A stretch of DNA of 37,135 nt from an uncultured Thermoplasmatales archaeon (GTDB lineage Archaea; Thermoplasmatota; E2; UBA202; JdFR-43), in assembly GCA_964503915.1 (NCBI GenBank), contig CAZDCH010000002.1:1-37135 (forward strand). The letters are read 5' to 3'. Under the pieces are notes generated by a model, which ran no database searches, was not told the origin of the DNA, and worked only from the letters and a program-made list of their open reading frames with translations. A program made the translations under genes and the position numbers. Shown here piece after piece: positions 1-10,100 of this stretch. Positions within the stretch are counted from its first letter, which is position 1. The number at the start of each line of letters is the position of its first letter.

Positions 1-355
1 CTTCTATAGCTTTTTTTGCCATTTCTATATCTCTTCTTGTATAAAATTTTCTTTTAATTCCCATTAAAACAATATCTTTTACTCTAATTGGAAAATGTTT
101 TGCTATTACTTCTCTTTGAGGCATATATCCAATATATTTTCTTGCTTCGGAAGGCTTTCTTCCAAAAACTCTTATAATTCCTCTATTTGGTTTTAAAAAA
201 CCTATAATTAATTTTATTAAAGTCGTTTTTCCTGAACCATTTGGACCCATTATTGCTAAAAATTCATTTTTTGATGAAAAAGATATTCCTTTCAATACTT
301 CCTTTCCATTATATGAAAAATTAACATTTTTCAATTCTATCTGCTTTTCTTCCAT
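1..355 (-). CDS. ABC transporter ATP-binding protein, metal (Zn/Mn) uptake type; 3' end cut by the window edge
   Basis: Not in the ORF track because it runs off the window. My reverse-strand translation from ATG at 355 reads MEEKQIELKNVNFSYNGKEVLKGISFSSKNEFLAIMGPNGSGKTTLIKLIIGFLKPNRG... It has a Walker A motif (GPNGSGKTT). It lies 37 nt downstream of a ZnuA/TroA-like binding protein on the same strand. Confidence 0.85.
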   Translation of the reverse strand, partial: MEEKQIELKNVNFSYNGKEVLKGISFSSKNEFLAIMGPNGSGKTTLIKLIIGFLKPNRGIIRVFGRKPSEARKYIGYMPQREVIAKHFPIRVKDIVLMGIKRKFYTRRDIEMAKKAIE

Positions 356-392
356 TTTTTCTGATTTTTTCGCTTTACCAACTTCATCCAAT

Positions 393-1316
393 CTACCACC
401 TCCTATATAACATATATATAATTATTCCTTCAACTATTGCCAAAATTATCAATAAAATTGATAAATAAATGAGCCAAATATTATATTCTGCTTTCTCTTG
501 CAAATTAAAAGAAAGGAATTGAAAGGAATTATAGTATAAATTGTTTAAGAAATCTCCCCCTTCTGCAAATTTAACATATATTATAGAGGTGTTTGTATCT
601 CTTGCAATTTGCTCAGCCACCTTCCCAGCTTTTGCATCTTTTAAAAATTCTGGAACAACAATTCCTAAATATTCTTTATCCCAAATTTCTTTACTAAAAG
701 TTATGGACGTTCCTTCAGCAAATAAAATTTCATCTGCTTCTATTCCCAAATTTTTAACAATATAACAAACCCCAGGCACAGCAGCAATAACTTTTTTTCC
801 ATATATTCCTTTTTCTTTCGATAAATTTATAATGAATCTTCCTGCTTTCATTAATCTTTCTTTAAAATTTTCATAATTTTTAATATAATAATCTTTTTTT
901 TCTGGATAAATTTCCGCCAACTTATATGCTATAGCTTTTGCTATCAATATAGAATTATTTATATACATCCAATATCCATGCGGATTATTTTTAAATCCAT
1001 CGAAATCAAATAAGGTTGCATTGTAATCTTCAAAATCTAAATATTCTTTATCCCAATTTTCCTTAATGTTTTTTTCATATGATAATAAATTGGAATTTGC
1101 CAAAATAATAAGATCTGCTCTTTTAATTTTTTCTATTGTTTCTTTTGTTATGGAAAAAGTATGAGGGTCCATACCTGCTGGCAATATAACGCTAACATTT
1201 GCTTCTACAATCTCATTTACAATTGATTCAAAATCTGGTATAGAAACAACAATGTTTATGGCAAAAGCTTTTGGGGAAGTAAGAAATATGAGGGTCAAAA
1301 TTAATCTAATTTTCAT
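393..1316 (-). CDS. Metal ABC transporter substrate-binding protein (ZnuA/TroA cluster-9 like) with N-terminal signal and C-terminal TM anchor
   Basis: 307-aa ORF with a hydrophobic N-terminus (LILTLIFLTSPKAFA). Layout is ZnuA-like (DPHTF, NPHGYWMY). A C-terminal hydrophobic helix (IWLIYLSILLIILAIVEGIIIY) fits an archaeal membrane anchor. It is flanked by a DtxR-type regulator and the ABC ATPase. Confidence 0.8.
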   Translation of the reverse strand: MKIRLILTLIFLTSPKAFAINIVVSIPDFESIVNEIVEANVSVILPAGMDPHTFSITKETIEKIKRADLIILANSNLLSYEKNIKENWDKEYLDFEDYNATLFDFDGFKNNPHGYWMYINNSILIAKAIAYKLAEIYPEKKDYYIKNYENFKERLMKAGRFIINLSKEKGIYGKKVIAAVPGVCYIVKNLGIEADEILFAEGTSITFSKEIWDKEYLGIVVPEFLKDAKAGKVAEQIARDTNTSIIYVKFAEGGDFLNNLYYNSFQFLSFNLQEKAEYNIWLIYLSILLIILAIVEGIIIYMLYRRW

Positions 1317-1699
1317 GGTATTTTATTTCCGCATGGGCATTCAGTAAACCCATATTTTTCTTCAATTAATTTTATTAAGTCGTCGCTAGCAAAAATATCT
1401 ATTTTGCTAGCTTCTCTACAAGCTTCTTTTGCATCTAAGGAAAATATCTCCACAAAAAAAGCTTCAAGTAATCTATGTTTCCTAATAATCTTCTTTGCTT
1501 CTTCTATTCCTTTTGAATTAACTATAAATCCTTTCCTTTCTATATATTTCCCATATCCTTTTTTAGCCAAATTTTTTAATGCTTGTTGAGCAGTTGTTTT
1601 GCTAATATTCAAAATATTTGATAAATATGTTGGCCCAACTAATGGTATACCATCTTCGTATGCCCTATATATTTCCTTCATATATTTGTACATGTTCAA
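1313..1699 (-). CDS. DtxR/MntR-family metal-dependent transcriptional repressor
   Basis: 128 aa with an N-terminal wHTH and the family-typical RKHRLLEAF segment. A C-terminal CPCG motif is present. It overlaps the binding-protein start by 4 nt. The track start at 1699 is TTG, and ATG at 1693 (MYKYMKEIY) is the more likely start. Confidence 0.8.
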   Translation of the reverse strand: MNMYKYMKEIYRAYEDGIPLVGPTYLSNILNISKTTAQQALKNLAKKGYGKYIERKGFIVNSKGIEEAKKIIRKHRLLEAFFVEIFSLDAKEACREASKIDIFASDDLIKLIEEKYGFTECPCGNKIP

Positions 1700-2128
1700 T
1701 TACCCTATCTTTGTTAGGTATATAAAACTTTTTAAATATATTTTTGAAAATGGCTATTTTCTCATTTTCCTTCCTTAGATTTTCATCTATTTCTCCAATT
1801 TCTCCTAACAATTAGCTCTTTCAATACTGTTGCAATTTTATCCAGTTTTCAGCATTTGATTAAGATAAACATTTTCTATTTTTATACCATATCTTCCATT
1901 TTATTCAACTCTCTTTATTGCAATAAAGGGGCAGAAACCAATAGCCTCGCTGCTTAAGATTACTACGCCTGTAAATCCTAATGTTATTGCTCTAAATTCA
2001 TCTCCTCTCAATTTTTTATATCCAAGCAAACCTATTGTATTTATTTCGGAATAAAATAAAATCCAGTATCCTATAGTTGTATGCTTCATTATATCATTTT
2101 TAAGTATTATTTTTGTATCTATAATTTT

Positions 2129-2878
2129 CTAAGCTTTTTTAAGTAAATATAATATTTCAGCCACACCAATCAGAAAAGAAAGGGGATTTAGAAATACCAT
2201 ATCAATAGTTGAATTGTTACGGTAATTGTATGATATTAATTCTTCGGAAAATAGGGGTGCCTCATTAAAAAATCCTTCTGCTTTTACAATATTTCCAACT
2301 TCTTCAGAAAAATATACTAGTTGATAGAATTTTGCTGCTGTATAATTATTATTTGTCCAATCATAAATTATTCTTATTTTATAACAATCAAATTTCCCCG
2401 CTTTAGTTACCGCTTTTTCCTTTCCAACACATTGGAAAGATATTGAAATATTGTCTCTGGTAAAATTCCATTTCTTACCCACATAAATAGGAAGAAAAGA
2501 AATAATTGGAAGAGATAAAATTTCCTCCTTTTTACCATCATATTCTATTTCCTTTATAATTGTTAAATTTTCTTTTTCGTAATATAATATTTTTTTCGTT
2601 AAATTGTTTACCTTTATTTCGACTACTAAACTTTCATAAATAATGCCATTAACTGAGATATTTTCTTCATTAATTACCCTCATTAATATTTTTTGTGTAT
2701 TCGTTTGCGGCATATAATAATGCAAATTGTATTCCCAATAATTGCCCACTTTCCACTCTATTTTTTGGGAAGCAGAAAGGGGAAGGATAATTAACAAGAT
2801 TAAGAACAAAGAAATGTACCAAGTTGTTCTCATTTCAAAAGAAGCATATTTATTTTTTATATAATTTTCGTCAAGCAA
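2129..2878 (-). CDS. Hypothetical secreted/membrane-anchored protein
   Basis: 249-aa ORF with an N-terminal hydrophobic segment (WYISLFLILLIILPLSAS) and a C-terminal hydrophobic tail (FLIGVAEILYLLKK). Several N-x-S/T sequons are present. I recognise no family. Confidence 0.55.
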   Translation of the reverse strand: MLDENYIKNKYASFEMRTTWYISLFLILLIILPLSASQKIEWKVGNYWEYNLHYYMPQTNTQKILMRVINEENISVNGIIYESLVVEIKVNNLTKKILYYEKENLTIIKEIEYDGKKEEILSLPIISFLPIYVGKKWNFTRDNISISFQCVGKEKAVTKAGKFDCYKIRIIYDWTNNNYTAAKFYQLVYFSEEVGNIVKAEGFFNEAPLFSEELISYNYRNNSTIDMVFLNPLSFLIGVAEILYLLKKA

Positions 2879-2937
2879 AATTGTTCTAATGAAACAACGC
2901 TTATATTCTCATCCAGCAATAACAGCCCATAGATGAC

Positions 2938-3300
2938 CTATTTATACAAGGAAGCAGGAGCAGGAAACAAATTTATTATGTATAACTCCATTTTATCTAC
3001 TGCTACAGCTCCAGCATTTCCATAATGGGCAGCTACAGTTATTCTTCCCCATGAATTTAATCAAATACTCTGCATTTCCATTCATATGGAGGAAAATAAT
3101 CTATTTCTCTTGGCTCTTCATCAAAAACATAATGGCTACCATAACAAAATTCAACTCTATTTATTTTTTCTGGCTTATCTGCTTCAGCAATTACGGTTAT
3201 TCCTCCTATAATTAAAGTTTTGTAATATGCCATTATTTCTCTATCAAAAAAATGCTCTCTTTAGGTTTCTCTATTATTACATTAATTGGCTTTTCTTGCT
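2938..3300 (-). pseudogene. Frameshifted remnant of the C-terminal domain of a paralogue of the beta-propeller surface protein at 30635..32182
   Basis: The nucleotide sequence aligns by eye with about 30650-31000. Shared strings include ttttatctactgctac.gctccagcatttccataa and ggttattcctcctataattaaagttttgtaatatgccattatttctctatcaaaaa. Translation gives ...EKPKESIF/DREIMAYYKTLIIGGITVIAEADKPEKINRVEF...PYEWKCRVF/NSWGRITVAAHYGNAGAVAVDKMELYIIN. There are at least two frame breaks and no N-terminal part. Confidence 0.75.
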
Positions 3301-3838
3301 ATCCTTAAAATACACCCGTGCTAAATCTTTAGCTCCCTTAATAATCTTTTAACCAAAATATAAATAAATTTTTAATGTTGCCCATAAGCAACAGATTAAA
3401 AATCCAAACCATACGGCTGCTATCCCAACTGTTTCAATAAAAATAGGCAATTCCAATCTACGATAAAAAAAATAAAAATATACCACCAAAAACAAAGATT
3501 AATGGAAAATAAAGAAGAAAAGCGATGAATTTGGTGAAGTAAAGCCGTCACTGTAATCTCGCAACCTTCATTCATGTTTTTAAATGTCAATTAAAAATTT
3601 ACTGCAAGAGTTGATGGAACATTCCATCCTCTAAGCAAAATTTCGTCTTGCTCTCTCGCAAAATTTTGTAAAGCATAAAACGCCATTTGTTTTTCTCCAA
3701 ATAATCAACGGTTCTTTTTATCGCTTCTTCTTTGTTTGATGGAAGATATATTTTCTTTTAGGCCTTTAGCAACTCCTTCACCTCAACGAACCCACAAATT
3801 TAAAAAAACTTATATATATTAATTTTTAATTAGTTGCA

Positions 3839-4477
3839 ATGGGAATATTTAGCAAATTGTCACAATGGCTCCTATCTATTTTTGGTAAGAGACATGTTAA
3901 AATAGGAATATATGGTCCTCCAAATTCAGGAAAAACTACTTTAGCAAATAGAATTGCTATGGATTGGGCTGGAGAGATTGTTGGAGAAGTTTCAGAAATA
4001 CCGCACGAAACAAGAAAAGTGAAAAAAAAGGATAGAATTGTTATAAGGGATGCAAAATCTTCTTTGACTATAGATTTAGTAGATACTCCAGGTATAGCAA
4101 CAAAAATTGATTATCATGACTTTATGGAATACGGATTGAGCGAAGAAGAAGCAAAAAAAAGAGCCAAAGAAGCTACGGAAGGAGTAATAGAAGCAATTAA
4201 ATGGCTTGATAGTCTGGATGGTGTTATTTTATTACTTGATAGTACAAAAAATCCTTTTACACAAGTTAATATAACTATTTTGGGAAATTTAGAAGCAAGG
4301 AAATTGCCATTTATTATAGCTGCAAATAAAGTTGATTTAAATGGTTCAACTCCTGCAACTTTAAAATCTGCTTTTCCACAACATGAAGTAGTTCCAATTT
4401 CAGCTTTAACTGGACTAAATATGAATTTATTATATGAAACAATGGTTAAAAAATTCTCTAAAAAGAAAAAGGGATAA
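3839..4477 (+). CDS. Small P-loop GTPase, first gene of the conserved archaeal GTPase/DUF2073/Zn-ribbon triad (OapA-like)
   Basis: 212 aa carrying G1 (GPPNSGKTT), G3 (DTPG) and G4 (NKVD). The next ORF starts 2 nt after its stop. Confidence 0.85.
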   Translation: MGIFSKLSQWLLSIFGKRHVKIGIYGPPNSGKTTLANRIAMDWAGEIVGEVSEIPHETRKVKKKDRIVIRDAKSSLTIDLVDTPGIATKIDYHDFMEYGLSEEEAKKRAKEATEGVIEAIKWLDSLDGVILLLDSTKNPFTQVNITILGNLEARKLPFIIAANKVDLNGSTPATLKSAFPQHEVVPISALTGLNMNLLYETMVKKFSKKKKG

Positions 4478-4479
4478 AA

Positions 4480-4827
4480 ATGGAAATAAAAGTAAATTTT
4501 ATATCATATGAAAAGCTAAATGGCCTTTCTATGGAAGAAAAGCTCAGATTTATTTTAAAAGAAGTAGAAAAAGGTCAAATATTGGTATTGGAAAAAGGAT
4601 TGACACCTGAAGAACAAACTAAGTTAATTGAAATGACAATGAAAAATATTAATGATAGATTTGCTGGAATAGAAATGGAAAGTTATATAGAAGAGAAGCC
4701 CACTTTTTGGCAAAAATTGTTTGGAAAGAATAGGGCAAGAATGACAGTTGTTGCTCCAGCAAATAAATTAAAAACAATATATAAAGACAAAGATATTATA
4801 AAGGCTGTTATAATTGCAAATAGATAA
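4480..4827 (+). CDS. DUF2073-family protein (OapB-like)
   Basis: 115 aa containing GLTPEEQTKLIEMTM...FAGIE, the pattern I associate with DUF2073. It sits between the GTPase and the Zn-ribbon gene. Confidence 0.7.
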   Translation: MEIKVNFISYEKLNGLSMEEKLRFILKEVEKGQILVLEKGLTPEEQTKLIEMTMKNINDRFAGIEMESYIEEKPTFWQKLFGKNRARMTVVAPANKLKTIYKDKDIIKAVIIANR

Positions 4828-4828
4828 A

Positions 4829-5218
4829 ATGCCTCATCAATGCTTAAAATGTGGAAAAATATATGAAGATTCTAAGTATGTAATTGATGGCTGCCCAAAC
4901 TGTGGAGGAAAAAGTTTTTATTATACAAAAAAACCATTAGATGAAAAAAAGAGGAAAGAAATTTTAGAAGAAATTGAAAATAAAGATTTTTTTCTGAAAG
5001 GAGAAAAATTGAATGATATTATGGAAGAAATAAGGAAAAGAAAAGAGGAAGCAATAAGAGAAGCGGAAAAACTAGGGAAAAAAGTTGAGAGTATAAATGT
5101 AAAACAAATTGGGGAATATGAAATAAATGTAAAGAGGTTAATAGAAGAGGGGACAATAATTATTTATAAAGAGGGGGCATATTATATATATTTACCATCT
5201 CTATTTAAATGGGGATGA
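4829..5218 (+). CDS. Zn-ribbon protein of the DUF2072 type (OapC-like)
   Basis: Has CLKC...CPNC (C-x2-C/C-x2-C) followed by a K/E-rich coiled region. The track ORF starts at 4814. I prefer ATG at 4829 (MPHQCLKCG), which gives a TAA-A-ATG junction with the upstream gene. Confidence 0.7.
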   Translation: MPHQCLKCGKIYEDSKYVIDGCPNCGGKSFYYTKKPLDEKKRKEILEEIENKDFFLKGEKLNDIMEEIRKRKEEAIREAEKLGKKVESINVKQIGEYEINVKRLIEEGTIIIYKEGAYYIYLPSLFKWG

Positions 5219-5251
5219 AAAAGAATAATAAATAGAATAGCATTTCTACTC

Positions 5252-6010
5252 ATGATTAGGGATATTGATATTACAAAAATTATTGTAGAAGAATTTCTGA
5301 AAAATTTTATAATGAATATTGAAATAGATGTAGCAATAGTTGGCGCAGGTCCAGCTGGCTTAACTGCTGCCATATATCTAGCAAAAAATGGAAAAAAAGT
5401 TGTTATATTTGAAAGAAAATTGTCACCTGGAGGCGGAATGTGGGGAGGCGGAATTGGATATCCAGTTATTGTTTTGAAAAAGGGTCATGAAATATTGAAA
5501 GAAATTGGTGTTAAATGTAAAGAAAAAAATGGATATTGGGTAGCAGATAGTATTGAAGCTGTTTCTAAGCTTATTTCATCTGCAATTGATGCTGGAGCAA
5601 GGATTTTCAATGGAATGACTGTTGAAGATGTTATGGTAAAGAATGGCAGGATAAATGGAGTTGTAGTAAATCTTTCAGCAATTTTAGAGGCAAATTTGCA
5701 TGTTGATCCAGTTGCTATAGAAGCAAAGGCAGTTATAGATGCAACAGGACATGATTGCAATATTGCAAGGATTGTTGAAAAAAAATATGGATTAAAAACT
5801 CCAAGCGGGAAAATTGAGGGAGAGAAAGCAATGTGGGCTGATGAAGGGGAGAGAAAGACATTAGAAAATACAAAAGAAATATTTCCTGGATTATATGTTG
5901 CTGGAATGGCTGCAAATGCTGTTTATGGTGCTCCTAGAATGGGACCAATATTTGGAGGAATGTTGCTTTCTGGAAAAAAAGTTGCTGAACTAATAATGGA
6001 AAAAATTTAG
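5252..6010 (+). CDS. thi4: Thiamine thiazole synthase, archaeal Thi4 type
   Basis: 252 aa with the dinucleotide fold VAIVGAGPAGLTAAIYLA plus ERKLSPGGGMWGGG and DATGHD. Overall layout is typical of Thi4. Confidence 0.85.
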   Translation: MIRDIDITKIIVEEFLKNFIMNIEIDVAIVGAGPAGLTAAIYLAKNGKKVVIFERKLSPGGGMWGGGIGYPVIVLKKGHEILKEIGVKCKEKNGYWVADSIEAVSKLISSAIDAGARIFNGMTVEDVMVKNGRINGVVVNLSAILEANLHVDPVAIEAKAVIDATGHDCNIARIVEKKYGLKTPSGKIEGEKAMWADEGERKTLENTKEIFPGLYVAGMAANAVYGAPRMGPIFGGMLLSGKKVAELIMEKI

Positions 6011-6054
6011 TTAACAATTTCGGAAATCTTAAATAAAATTTAAAAATTTGTAGC

Positions 6055-7104
6055 ATGAAAAAAGAAATATTGGTTATATTTTTGCCCTTGTTATTATTAT
6101 TTTTCTTTAACAATATGGATAGAGAAGTTATTGATTTGAAAATAGGTATAAATATAATAGATTTTTCTTATGGAAGTGGAAAAAATATTTCTATAAATGA
6201 TAAAGGAATAAAATTCGAAAATAATTCATATTGGTTCAGCCCCATATTTCATGCAAAAAATTTTCCTTTTTGGGGAAGATTATGGTTTAATTTATCATCA
6301 AGCCCAAATATAGCTCCAAATGGAGACTTTGAATTTATTGAAAATGGCGAGCTATGTAACTGGACATTTTGTGGGCAACAAACAAATTATTCTATTGAAC
6401 ATAATGATTCATATACTGGGAAAAACCACTTAAAAATTTCCTTCAATAATTTTTCTTCTGAATGGGAAGATGTTTTTAAAAGTCAAGAAATATTGCTTCA
6501 AAATGGGAAAATGTATGAGATGTATGCATATATAAAATGTACAAAAGATTTTATTGAAACTGGAGGAAAAATATCAATAAATATTGCTATAAGAAATGAT
6601 TCATGGTACAATACTTATACATCTTTTTTAATGGAATGCTATAATGTCGCTCATAGAAGAGGAACTGTTAATAAATGGAAAGTAACGAAAATTGCAATAT
6701 TTGAAATACCAGATGATAATTTAACATATAGTGGAGTAATTAAGATAACAGCTGGCAAAATATTTGATGATGTAAATGTTAATGGAGCAGTTGAGATAGA
6801 TAATATAATATTAAAAGAAATAGATTCAATATGGCTAAGCACTAGGTCTTCTGTTGATGGAATTAATTGGACTAATTGGACTAAAGAATTTTTATTAGTT
6901 GAAACTTCTGGAAGATATTATGAAATACATTGTTTAAATTTGAGTAAGTATAAGCAGCATTACCTATATCCAAGATATAACTTATTAATGCCAACTATTC
7001 AAGGATATAGATATAACAGCTTAATTTATCTATCCATCAACCATCTCACCCTATTATTTTACATTCAATGTATTTTGAAAATAATCTTGCAATACCTTTT
7101 GTAA
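6055..7104 (+). CDS. Secreted protein with CBM4_9-like jelly-roll domain; probably the N-terminal part of one gene continuing in 7068..10289
   Basis: Signal-like N-terminus (ILVIFLPLLLLFFF). The pattern NGDFEF..G....W...G...SIEHNDSYTGKNHLKIS ... GAVEIDNIILKE is typical of CenC/CBM4_9 modules. The last roughly 25 aa look like out-of-frame sequence. Confidence 0.6.
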   Translation: MKKEILVIFLPLLLLFFFNNMDREVIDLKIGINIIDFSYGSGKNISINDKGIKFENNSYWFSPIFHAKNFPFWGRLWFNLSSSPNIAPNGDFEFIENGELCNWTFCGQQTNYSIEHNDSYTGKNHLKISFNNFSSEWEDVFKSQEILLQNGKMYEMYAYIKCTKDFIETGGKISINIAIRNDSWYNTYTSFLMECYNVAHRRGTVNKWKVTKIAIFEIPDDNLTYSGVIKITAGKIFDDVNVNGAVEIDNIILKEIDSIWLSTRSSVDGINWTNWTKEFLLVETSGRYYEIHCLNLSKYKQHYLYPRYNLLMPTIQGYRYNSLIYLSINHLTLLFYIQCILKIILQYLL

Positions 7105-10100
7105 TACCTTGCAACTATACTTTCTTAGGAGAAATTGATAACGAATACTTGCCTATCTACGACGCCCCAGCTGGGAAACATGGCTTTGTTATTGAAAAAA
7201 ATGGAAAATTATATTTTAATGATAGCAAAAGAGCAAGATTTTGGGGAATACAAACTCATAGAGGAGGAATAATTTTTGATAATGAAACAAATGAAAAAAT
7301 AATCAGCAGAATTATAAAGCATGGATATAATTTAATAAAGGTCAGTGCTCCAGGATGGTACTGGTATAATAGTAGCTGGAGAGATTGGTATGATAGGTTT
7401 TTTGCGCAAATGAAAGAAAAAGGGGTTTATGGATATATTCAACTTGCTCCAATTGCCCTTATCAATGCAATGGGAACAAATGATGAAGCAGTTGATTATT
7501 ATATTTCAAATTATGGCAATTTTTCAAATTCAACAGATTTTTATAGTGGAACATATCCTTTTAAGGGAAATGAATTTAATATTTGTTTATATACTTTGGA
7601 TAAAAATATAACAAATTTTATTAAAAATTGGTTTAATGACATATTAAACCATACAAATCCATATACTGGAAATAAATATAAGGAGGAAGAAGCTATAGTA
7701 GCAATTGAAATAACAAATGAAAATTCATTAACAGAAAAATGGTATAGGAGACTTTTAACTTATAATAATAGTAGTATACCTTCATATTATCAAAATATTT
7801 TTGATGAAAAATGGAGAGAGTGGTTAAAGGAAAAATATAACAACAATTTTACTTTATTAGTTGAAACATGGGATGACGGAACTGGAGAAGTTTTGAATGA
7901 TGCAGAAACAAATTTTAGCAATTTAAAAAGATATCCCGATTTTGATAACTATAAGCCATGGGAAAACATTTATAGCAAGTCGAGAACAAATGATTTGGGA
8001 TTATTTTATATGCATTTAGAAAAAGAGTTTTTTTCAAACATTTCTTCTTATATAAAAAATAAAATTGGAGCAAAACAATTAATTGTATTTACTCAATCTG
8101 CTAGCAATACATTTTTATTTTTAGATACAGTACAAAAATTTCCTTATTCATTAAATGATTTTCATAATTATTATGATTTACCTGTTGCCCATTTTTATGA
8201 AAAATTGGTGGGAGATGATTTCAAAAGAAGCTGTATCGAAAATATTGACCCATTTATAAAAGGATGGGCTGATCCTATTTTTATCAATTTTGCAAATTTC
8301 AGAATAAAGGATAAACCTTTATCAAGAAGCGAGGTAAATTGGGCTTTTAACAATGAATATAGCTATATGTTTATTCCAGGATTAACAGCATATGCTCAAT
8401 TACAAGATGTAGATATGGTAGTAACTTTTTCATATATGTGGCAACAACATTACGATACTCCTTGGTATCATGAAGGAAGAATAACTGGAGCTTCTTCAAT
8501 TAATCCAACTCCAAATGTTCTAAGAGTTCATAGCAATCCAGCAATATTAATTCAAAATATTATTGCATATGTTTCGTTTATGAGAAAAGATATTGAAGAA
8601 GCAAAAATTTTAGAAATCAATTATTCAAAATTTTTTGAAAAAGGTATTTATGATTACTTAAAAGTATTTACTCCTAGACAATTTTTAGAAAATAAAAAAA
8701 TAATAGATGAAAGCATTGGATTAATTTATAAAGTAGAAAAGAATTTTAATGCAAGCAATTCAACATATTCAATTAATTATATAAATAAAAATGAAACATA
8801 TAGTTGTAATGGAGTTACTTTTTGTTATGAAAATAGGTATTTATTAGTTGATAATCCATACATAAAAGCTATTGCTGGAAAACTATCTAATATTACTTTA
8901 AAAAATTTTGCAATATGTCCCAAATATCCTTCATATGGTAGTATTATGTTTTCGTCTTTAACAAAGGATGATATAATAAATAGCACTAAGCTTTTATTAA
9001 CTGCTATTGGTGGAGTAGCAAATTATGGAATGCAATTTGAGTCTGCAGGAAATTATGAAATTAGATGGGGAGATAGACCAGTTATGGTAGAAGTTATCAA
9101 TGCTACTATAAAAATTCCTTTATGTAATGCAAAAGTATATGCATTAAATGAAACTGGAGAAATAAAAAAGGAAATAGAAACAAGGATAGAAGGAAATTGG
9201 CTTGCATTTGATATAGAGGGAGAATCTATTTTATATGAAATTGTTAAAGAAATTGATACAAATCCACCAAACACTATTATAGAAAGTGGGCCATCTGGAA
9301 TAATTCTTAATAATAATGTTACTTTTACATGGGATGGTATAGATGATATTACACCAAACGATAAATTACTTTTTTCATATAAACTTGAAGGATATGATGA
9401 AAATTGGTCAAACTGGACAACTATTAAATCTAAAACATATGTTTTACCATATGGTAACTATACGTTTAAAGTGAAAGCAAGAGATTTAGCAGGAAATGAA
9501 GATGAAAGTCCAGCTACTTGTTCTTTTACAATAGCAAAAACAGATTATATTCTAATTACTCATAGAACAAAAAATGAAATTAATGATTATAACATTTCTA
9601 CAAATTTTTCCTTTATTGCTTATTCAGCAGCTTTTAATTATACTTATGGCTTCATTGGATTTATTGAAGCAAATTGGAATTGCAGTGGTGCAAATGCTTC
9701 AATTAATGCAACCCAAGGAAAATCGATTAAATTCAATTCTGGAAATGAAAATGGAATAGTAATTTTGAATATTGAATATAATGGATATAATGATAGTGTT
9801 ATTTTTAAAATAAATTCTAGCTTATTTTCATATATGCTATATAAGGGATGGAATTTGATTGCTATTCCTAATAATTGGACTGCAAAAACTTTAGGGCAGA
9901 ATATAAGCTACTGTGTAGCAATTTCAAGATGGAATGGTAGCATACAAAAATATGAATCATATTTAGTTGGCATATCTCCAGATGAATTTGATTTTGCTAT
10001 AGAAAATGGAAGAGGATATTTTATATACATAAAAAATGATACAATATTTAGTGTAAAAGATAAAATAACAAATTTTTCCATTCCATTATATGTAGGATGG

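Noticed and set aside
1901-2089. 62-aa reverse-strand ORF (MKHTTIGYWILFYSEINTIG...). Its frame continues past its TAA stop for about 20 more codons (NGRYGIKIENVYLNQMLKTG).
   Set aside because: I recognise no family and it has no clear start context. It may be another gene fragment. The evidence is too weak to call it either a CDS or a pseudogene.
2880-3838. Possible replication origin, because the ORF-free stretch lies next to the OapABC-like triad (origin-associated in haloarchaea) and contains the gatggaa-ca-ttccatc palindrome.
   Set aside because: No orc1/cdc6 gene is in view. I could not find any repeated ORB or mini-ORB-like motif, and the palindrome occurs only once. Most of the stretch is explained by decayed coding sequence. 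The idea stays untested without whole-contig skew analysis.
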